Below, in pieces: positions 34,957 through 43,987 of a DNA stretch of 64,000 bases. Source of the DNA: Tubiluchus corallicola (taxonomy: Eukaryota; Animalia; Priapulida); contig JAQGDQ010000445.1 in the NCBI GenBank assembly GCA_030141605.1, positions 62,001 through 126,000 on the forward strand. Reading direction: 5' to 3'. Every line of letters starts with the position of its first letter. Positions within the stretch are counted from its first letter, which is position 1. The position numbers and the translations under genes were made by a program. Below the pieces are notes generated by a model. The model did no database searches. It was not told the DNA's origin and saw only the letters and a list, made by a program, of their open reading frames with translations.

Positions 34957-37806
34957 TCACGTGACTATACTCGTGCTTGCCGTGTCTACGGCAGCCGTTT
35001 CTCCTAATATCACAGTGCTGGCTGTACTTGCGTCGCTACAGTCACTGTTATCGTTGCTGCCACTGTTCAGCAACGTTGTCGTCGCGTGCACGGCAGCACA
35101 TATGTTGAAGTTCTCACGAGGAAACTCTCTCTGTCCGCTGTTCAACATTATCATTGCGTTGGCACATTCTTTAACCTTCTCCTTCTCTATATCATCAGCA
35201 GCTAGAGAAGTCGGACTGTGTCCTTCACTCGCCTTGCTAACAGGATCGTCAAGAATTTTTGGTTTCTCATTTGTCTTCTCCGTAATTTCGGTCGTCTCGT
35301 TGTTGACCTCCTCGTCGTTTGTGTCGGTCTGTTTATCTGCACACTCGACGATCATTAAAGCTCCTTCCTCTTCATCGTCGACACTATCTTCGTCCATGTC
35401 GACTTGTATCTGTATCTCTTTCTGCTCGGCAGCTCGGTTTTCTGAATCTGGTCCGGGTTCAGCGTGGCTGCTACTTGTCGTGCTGGCCTGACTAGCCGGA
35501 CTTGCCGTGTCCGCTCTCTCGTCGCTGCTCAGCGAGCCGTGATTCTGGCTAGCAATCTCGATGGGCTTGCACCGTTCTATTGCTCGCTCCAGTTTGTTTG
35601 CCCGAGACTCCAGAGTGGGCGACCCGCTGTTTTCGTTGACGTGAGCGTCGTTCTTTTGCTTGGCGCCTTCGCTGTCTGGCTTCGTTGTTTTCGCAGAATC
35701 AAGTTTATCGGTGAGCCAGTTTTTGATTGAAGGTTTATCGTCAGATTTGGTGGGAGAATCACACTTTTTTACATCATTAGTGGCAATCTTTTCACAAACG
35801 ACACTGTTTTGCTTCGCTCCCTCTGTGGGAGGTGACGATTTCGCAGAACCCTGCTGTGCTCGATACGAAAACTGAGGCAATTTCTTCTGTGCTTCCAAGT
35901 TGCTTGTTAGGGATTTTTTCTGCAACATCTTTTGCTCTGAATCGATGCATTTCGCGAGAGACGTTTTCTGTGCGTCAAACCCAGAACACTTTTGCTGCAC
36001 ACCATTTAACTGCGATGAATTCTTCTGTAATTCCGCATCATCTGATGATGGGGACTTTTTCCGCAGGTCCAATCCATTCAAAGACGAAGACGTTTTTAGA
36101 TCAAAATGGTTGTACGGTAACAACTTCTCCTGGTGAGCAGGCATCGGAGTGTTGTGATTAGCCTCGACGTTCCTGCTGACTGCGGAACTGGCAGCCAGAA
36201 GAGGTTTTTGACCAGCGACCAATGTCCTGTTTGGCTGGTAAGTATACGTCTTTAATGGTCGTTGTTTTCTCATTACAACCACCTGACGTCCACTGGTACT
36301 ATCACTACTGACCGGTTGCTGCCTGGCCTGACATCCACTGGCACTATCACTACTGACCGGTAGCTGCCTGACATGACGTCCACTGGCATTATTAGTATTG
36401 ACAGGTTGCTGTCTGACCTGACGTCCACTGACACTATCACCACTGACAGGTTGCTGCTTGATGCCCACAAAAGTTGGCGACATCAAATGTTTCCCAGAGC
36501 TTTCGCAAGTCTTTGGTGAAACGGCAGATTGGAATGCTTTCTGGAAATCGGACACAACTTCCTTCCCCGCACCCGAAGCCAGTTTTTCTGCCTTTGTGAA
36601 CTGCTCACTAGCTTTATGCATTCGATCGGGCACAGAAGACACTTTGGGGCTGGAGTTCGTACGAGTCTGGGACTGTTTCTTTAGTATCGAATAACTGGAG
36701 GTATCTAGACGCTTATTGTTCGACAGAGATTTAACACCAGAATCAGAGTTTGAAATGTTCCATTGCTTTAAAAATGGATTTGTATCATTACTGGGAAAAA
36801 TCTTTGCCGTTTTATAATCGGTCATGTTCCACAGATTTGGAGTAGTGTTTGCATTAGCTTTTACACTTCCCGTTCCTGTTTTCTCTTCACCGTTGATTCT
36901 GCGTTCTTTCTGCGCATCTGTCGCCTTCAGCTTCTTCGCTTTTTCTGGCAGCCATGTCTTTTCCACATCTTTGTCCTGCCAAGTTTTGGGTGATCGCTGA
37001 GACAGGCACAATTTTGGAGATTTTTGCGAATCTCCAGCACGCATGCCGTTATCATCCGGTATTTTCACTTTGACATGCCACGTTTCGTTCTCGGGTCTTC
37101 CCGGCCGGTACTGCAGCAGGCTATTTGCCATTTTCTCGCCGGCTTTGCTTTTAGCGTTAGAAAAGACACGATCTCGGATGCCGTCTTTAACCACAGACTC
37201 CGGACTTTTCCTTTTTTCGGGCTTAGGATGACCGTCCTTATCGTTCGCTTTCTTCTTTGCCTGCTGAGCATCAGCATTGCGGACGATTTCAGCTTTCATC
37301 GATTCCGATAGAGAAATGCGAATTTTCTCAATTTTATCAGAAGGGGAAGTTTCCTGCTTGTCCCTGTCAGGACTGATGATTTTTGGCAAATCGTTGTCAC
37401 CGCTCTTGTGCTTATGCTTCTCTTTTTTCTGCTTGTGTTTGCTCGACTTTTCGCCGATAAAATACTTTTCGTTTTTCTCCCTACTCTCACTTTTAGCATT
37501 CTCGTTTTTATCAGTTTTTTCAGCTACGCCAACACCAGATTTTGCTACTTTCTCCGACGGCGATCTCTCAGATTTGCTCGAATCGCTGCTCTCAAAATTC
37601 TGGTTCACTTTTTCACCCTGATCGCGTTTTCTGCTGCCGGGTTCGGTCGTCACTTTCTCTGGAATTGTTGTAGATTTTACTTCGTTGGCCATCTTTTTCT
37701 GCTGTGCGACAGCAGTCTCTAATTTGCTCCTCTCCACGTCACTCTTGAGTCGCTTGATGGGAGGTTGCACCTCTTGAACGGTGTACAACAGCTGGAGAGG
37801 TCCTCT
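34957..37806 (-). CDS. BMI1: BMI1/Psc-like last coding exon (end of RAWUL plus about 940-aa disordered tail)
   Basis: tttttcag| [13 protein letters not shown]... continues the 943-aa ORF of the track to a TGA at 34957; S/K/E/Q-rich with an acidic C-terminus. Confidence 0.93.
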   Translation of the reverse strand, partial: RGPLQLLYTVQEVQPPIKRLKSDVERSKLETAVAQQKKMANEVKSTTIPEKVTTEPGSRKRDQGEKVNQNFESSDSSKSERSPSEKVAKSGVGVAEKTDKNENAKSESREKNEKYFIGEKSSKHKQKKEKHKHKSGDNDLPKIISPDRDKQETSPSDKIEKIRISLSESMKAEIVRNADAQQAKKKANDKDGHPKPEKRKSPESVVKDGIRDRVFSNAKSKAGEKMANSLLQYRPGRPENETWHVKVKIPDDNGMRAGDSQKSPKLCLSQRSPKTWQDKDVEKTWLPEKAKKLKATDAQKERRINGEEKTGTGSVKANANTTPNLWNMTDYKTAKIFPSNDTNPFLKQWNISNSDSGVKSLSNNKRLDTSSYSILKKQSQTRTNSSPKVSSVPDRMHKASEQFTKAEKLASGAGKEVVSDFQKAFQSAVSPKTCESSGKHLMSPTFVGIKQQPVSGDSVSGRQVRQQPVNTNNASGRHVRQLPVSSDSASGCQARQQPVSSDSTSGRQVVVMRKQRPLKTYTYQPNRTLVAGQKPLLAASSAVSRNVEANHNTPMPAHQEKLLPYNHFDLKTSSSLNGLDLRKKSPSSDDAELQKNSSQLNGVQQKCSGFDAQKTSLAKCIDSEQKMLQKKSLTSNLEAQKKLPQFSYRAQQGSAKSSPPTEGAKQNSVVCEKIATNDVKKCDSPTKSDDKPSIKNWLTDKLDSAKTTKPDSEGAKQKNDAHVNENSGSPTLESRANKLERAIERCKPIEIASQNHGSLSSDERADTASPASQASTTSSSHAEPGPDSENRAAEQKEIQIQVDMDEDSVDDEEEGALMIVECADKQTDTNDEEVNNETTEITEKTNEKPKILDDPVSKASEGHSPTSLAADDIEKEKVKECANAMIMLNSGQREFPRENFNICAAVHATTTLLNSGSNDNSDCSDASTASTVILGETAAVDTASTSIVT

Positions 37807-40800
37807 CTGAAAAAAACAGGAAGCTTTTAAGACAACGAAAGTAACAATAAAATCAGAAAAACTGACAATAGCTTAAAATCTTCGAAGAAAAAGGGTAGGA
37901 AAAGAATCGCATACCAATCACGGACAATAACTACGAGAAATGAAAACTTTGCTTGAAATTTTTTGTCTCAAAAAAACCTTTTTGTCGAAGTTGTGGAAAA
38001 ACAATTTGCGCTTATTTTGTATTTTGTTTGTTAACGAAAAATAGCAGCTTGTTTTAATCAAACATTAAAAACCTAATGATGTTACAAATCCACAGCCTAA
38101 TTAAAATTTGATATCAAACTTGAAAGAAAGGAATGTGAAAAAGGTGGGATGTAGCCTGGATTTGAATCAGCGACCTTCAGCTCACGTAGCAAAAGCCTTA
38201 ACGACTAGGAGGCCATCACATTCCTCTGTGACCCCAGCATGACCAAGCTAATTAATCACCTACTATTTCTGGCTCAAAATGAATGAAATCAGAATCGCCC
38301 TACTGTTAGCAATCTAACACTGGAAATACTGAATTTGGTTAGCGACATACACGACATGAACTTTGAACTCCATTGACAACCGGAAAATGCACTGGCATAG
38401 TGGTTAAGGTGTCTGCAATGTAAACAGAAGGTCCTTAGTTCTAAACCAGGCTGTATTCGAACTTTTTCACATTTCCTGTCTTTCAAGTTTGATATAAAAA
38501 TTTCATTAACATCATTTATAATAATTGTAACATTAGGAATATAATGATTAATTAATGCTTTTTAATTAACTGTGAGCTTGCAAACCAAAATTGACCAGAA
38601 GTCGGCATAGTAAAAACTATGTTATGATGCTTCAGTAGAAAGCACCAAAAAACTTGGTCAAATAGCAGTTTTTTTGTTTTTTATGAAACCAACGGTTAAA
38701 TATGTTGGATTTTTATATTCTAGCATCAAATTGTCAAGAAAATGTTTAAAAAATACCAGAAATTAATTTTCATAACCCCCTACCTAGGCTAAAAACTAGT
38801 AGTGCAATCGTAAAAAAACTTGTATTTTCCAACCCCGTTAGTAGCTCATGGAAGCAGTCATTTTGCTTTGGGTTTTTTCTGTTGCCAAGTCCAAATCTTC
38901 ATCAGGAAGAACCATCTAGTGGATTTAAACATAACTTCAGTGTGCTCCTGAAAAGTCTGTAGCAACCGACATTTGTGCGGTTGGTGAGTGTTTTGCAGAA
39001 ACGAGAAAAAAACAATGGCTGACTTTAATATCGATTTTCTCAAGGTTATGTTTTTCACTGCATAGCCTGCACCTCAAGTTCAACGTGGATTATCTCAGGG
39101 TAGGAATAACATAGAGTGATGAGTTTAGTATCAAAAAGATCCTCATGAAATGGAGATTCAGGATGTGTTAATAACCAGCAAAGCTTAATTGACGACTTGT
39201 GGACGATTTTACTACGCAAGCACACATTAATTAATGCAGTTTAATTAATGAATGATTAATTATGCTTTACCCTCCTCCAGGCATAGATGTAGGCAATATC
39301 CATTAAGGTATATTCATCCTTCAGTGATTCATCCGCCTGATGATATATTTCCACCTGAAAAAACGTCATCAGTAGTGGATTACATTTCACATGCAAAATG
39401 TCCGAGTGCCGAAGAATCCATTGAAATTGGTGCCCCAAGTAGACAGTGCCCCAAAAACTAGCCCCCAAATAAATTTATATCACATTTTGATACTTTAATG
39501 TCAACGATACTTTACGAGAATGTTCTTTACACAGCATTGAGTAAATATCAGTAGTTTTTAAGCACTGGATTTAGGTGCAAACTCTATTTGGGAATGGGTC
39601 AATTGATCTTTCTTCAGTTAATGTGTTAAAAATGTTTTTGCAAAGTTTCACTGATGTACGCAAAGGGAGATTTGAATCGATTTTGGAAGGCACTTTGGGG
39701 GCGCCATTTACATAAATCACCAATTTGACTCAAGAATTAACAATAAACGATCTTCGTGGTCGTTATTCATTATTTAAGAACAGAATATATTCACAAAGTA
39801 TGATTTAAACTGATTGAGGGGGGGGGTACTTTTGGGGGCGCTCTCATCAAGGTACTATTTTGAAAACCTAAACAGTAACCAGTAAGACTATCAAATGATT
39901 CCTTTTTGTAACAGAGTTTCAATAACATTCTACTAATAAAAATATAGACAAAACTATACAAACAATACTTATCAAATTACAACAAGAAGAACTTTAGCAC
40001 CTAGTATTAAAAAAATTCATTCTGGAAAATTGCGTATCCTTTCATTTTCATATAAGGCATGTATTTTGTAACATACCACAAGCAGTTACCGGGTCTGCTT
40101 TTATTTCAGAACCACATAACAAACAATTGCAAGTATTACACAAAAAGTACTGCATTTGTCTAGCCTGCTTAAATATAAGCACGCTATGGTATATGTGATT
40201 AACGATAACCACCTTGGCAGTAGGTAATAGTGCTATTAATATACCACAAACACTTGTGCAATAGAGATGGGCAACACTTAACTATCAGCCTAGGGCGATG
40301 TGCACGTCTATATACGTACCCCCCACCCAATTAACTACTTAAAGTGGTGAAGTGCGCAAAGCAACAGTTCTTTTATTCTTAGTGAAAAGAAATTTCCCAA
40401 CCAGCATAACTGACAATTCTGAACGTTGCAAAAAAACACACCTTTACATTCTGTGGCAGATCAAACTTGAGTTTTATGAATTTCTTTAAATGAGCTACGG
40501 TAACGGCTGCCGGACAACAGAGGAACCTTTTGTTTGTCTCCTGAAAAAAGGTAAATATGGAATAGCATTACGAAGAACAATAACAAAAAAATGGACGATT
40601 GTTGGAGGGAGTTTATTTAAACATCAATTTAACATAAAAGCTGAAAGTAACTTAAAATTTGATACTAATTTTATTAAGTTTCATGGCTTCCTTTCTAATG
40701 AAACAGCCCCAAGGTCACATTTTCCCACAAAACATTTTGCTCGGCTTCACATCTGAAAGCAACGGCTTCCTTGGCTACCATAAATACACTTATAATTAAC

Positions 40801-43800
40801 AATACGTGAACATCCTACATAGTCCTCATTTGTAACGCAAAGCCAGCAGTAGCCCGTTACGGGACGACGTAGCCCTCTCGCAAATTCTAAGTAAGCCTAC
40901 TAAACCCACCGTTGCACGGGCTATCTATCCATGGCCAGCACCACCCATGGCGCGTTCCCATTCTCCAAAATAAGAGGTATAAGTTTTGCAAAAAACATTT
41001 TGGAGGTTTTTTCCCCCACTTAAATTTGGGTACATATATGTGTGTATATGTACATCATTGTACATACAAGTAAGCAATATGGTGCACTGTAATACAAGTA
41101 AGTGGTGCACTGACAGATGATCACATAATTCATATTCGTAACTATTTAAAAAAAATTTCACTCCTTAAGGCTCACTCAAAGTCGTAATTACATATTATGT
41201 TTTCCTTTCTCAACTCTCAGGTTTATTGCTCTTATACCATTGCTATTATTACATCATTTACGTCATCCTTATTTACATTAAGTTGTCTACAGAAGCATGC
41301 ATAACTGTAATCATTTTTTCATTTAAGTAAGGCGAGTGTGTTAATGACCGTACGGTCGTACACTCACCTCGCACTACTTAAATTATTTTATTTAAAGTTT
41401 ATTAATGTGTTTGATATTGTATTTTTGATGTGTGAAATAAAATTTATAGTTCATAGTTCATATAACAAAACAGTAAATACAACATAAAAAGAAACACTTA
41501 CCGCAGAAGGACCCTTTTTCAACTCCAACTTGTTAGTCCTGAAATTGGAACAACATTTTTTAACATTTCAACAGACAAAACAGAATACAATACAGTCAAC
41601 CTCGGGTATAACTGACATTCGCTTATAAGGGGCCACCAACACTGCTCCCGATTTTTCGTAACGTATTTCCATAAGGTAGTCGGATATAAGAGACTTTCGG
41701 TTAAAGGAACGATATCTTCACGTCCAGCGTAATAGAAACCCAGGTAAATAACCTCGCATATTCCTATGATCAAATATTTTTCACATACTAAAAAGCCTAT
41801 GCCGAGACTCCGCGCGGGCCCGACTGTATTCCCTTGGACTAGTAGTAGCATTCCCTTCAGCCTGGTAGTTCCAGGAATTTTCTGGAATCATGCAATACGC
41901 ACACATGACGATTGGATGTATTTCCATTAATTATATATATTACATACATTGCGACAAACAGTTCATTGGGCACTAGGCTACCAGATCAGGTATATAGAGC
42001 TCGCAGCTCGCAGGTTTAGATACACCCTCGGTCTGACTCAACTTCGGCTACAAGGGACATCCGACATAAAGGACGATTTTTTCCGGTCCGGAGGTGTCCC
42101 TTATATTCGAGGTTGACAGTAGTTCTAGCAATACGAGAAATACGTGCAGAAATGATAGAGTATAGCCAGCAACATCAGTGCATTACCATAAAGCAAGTAG
42201 CAAAACCTAGTCGACTGTGAAAAAAAATTTGATCTCATTTAGTTGTGCCATCAGTAATTATCTTTGTTTCTTTCTGCGGCACAAATTATACACAAATTTT
42301 TTACCCTGATTGGAAATATTCTATGGACAAGCTGATATGTTCGTCGGGTGTGTAGATGATGCGTTGCCGAGCGTCGATCTCTCCCCGGTCTTCCGCGTTC
42401 GAGAACGACGTAGCGGGAATAGAATGCTGCGCATAGAGCTCTCGACGCCGCTGCATCTCGTCTACAAGTGAAAAACAAAAGTACATTTTCTTAGTTACAA
42501 ATAGTGAAAAATAACAGCTCTTAGAAGACAATCCAATTTCACATTTTATTTGTACAACGAAATCTTGTTACATACATGTTTATAACCCAAACAATTTCTT
42601 CTCCTCTCAATACAGGTTTAGACCAGACGGCTTAGCCTAGTTGTAACGCGTCCACTTTTCGTCTGGGAGGTCGTGAGTTCGATACAGCGGCCGGGTCATA
42701 CCAAAGACGTTAAAAATGGTACCTGCTTTGCCCTGCCTGGCGCGTGGTATTTAGGGTAAAAGTGGGGTAATAATAGTCTCTGTTATGTAGTTGTAGGTTG
42801 TTATTTACAGTCGGCGATAACAGCTCTTTGAGCTAATGTTAATTGATGACCCAAAAGCCGACTTTAAATAAAGATTATTATTATTATTATTATTATATGA
42901 CAATGTAATCCATGTAAATGTCACTTTTAGGAACTAAAATATTAGTTAGTAATTGGCTACATGCAATTTTGTCCTAAATGTATCCTCTTTCCCTCCTTTT
43001 ACTGATCATATTCAACACTTCACTTCCCTATTTTGCCTCTCTTACAAACAATGCATGCATTAGACAAGAATTCTCTCTTTTATTGTATCATGTTAGCTGT
43101 CGTACATAAGAATTTTTTTCTGTTATTGCATCGTCTGAGATTAGTAAATACCGTTCAGCTGACTAACAAACTTGCTTAAAAAACCAAAGTTTTTAAACAG
43201 AGACCGCAGAGGGCAGCACAGTGTAATTTTATCTGCCATGTGTACAAGTTTAGAAAGAATGCAATCCATTCAATTGGCATTCACACCACCAGTAATTCTT
43301 ACTGAAATACTTACTTTGAAAGAGACCAGGCACCAACTTGTAGACGATGTCTTGTAGCGTTCTGTCTGGTCTGTAAAAAAGGAACATGCGATGATTACAA
43401 ATTGCTAAACAGAGCTTTTATGCATGGGACAACACAGATTTTGGAAGTGCAAAATTGCAAATCAATTACCACACGACCCAGCCAATCCTACAATTCGTCG
43501 TTTAACGTGCTATAAGTGCTAGAGACAGACAATACACTGATCTTTTTGTAAATGCGATAAATCTGTTTAATTTACTCCAAAATACTCTCGTTTACTTTCA
43601 ATTACTGCTGTTTTACCTGATATTGAGAAGTGGTCGAGTCTTGTGCACCTGAACATCACAGATGGGACAGTATTTGCTGCTCTCCAGGTACCGGACAATG
43701 CAAGTCTTACAAACTGAAATAGAATTAAGATGTTAATTAATTACTTAATTTCTTCTTACATTACCTTATATAATTAGTTAGATGAAATAAGCCAGGATGC

Positions 43801-43936
43801 GATGTAGGGAAGGAGTTCTTAAGCTGCAAAGAAGTCCTTCAATGAACTAATAGCCCATCATGCCAGGGTTCTCAAAACTCAATATCCCCCCTCTCTCTCT
43901 TTTTCTCTCTTCCCCTTTCTCTCTTGTTCTCTGTTG

Positions 43937-43987
<51 letters not shown>

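Noticed and set aside
34931-37722. Several plus-strand ORFs opposite the BMI1 last exon
   Set aside because: Antisense shadows of a long low-complexity coding exon
38393-38460. Functional tRNA-Thr genes (also 27447-27495 and 42621-42695)
   Set aside because: Acceptor and T stems do not pair well, boxes are degenerate, and each is embedded in a repeat element
38870-38910. Minus-strand CTGATGA...GAAA hammerhead candidate
   Set aside because: No convincing stem II, and no cleavage triplet or stem I after GAAA
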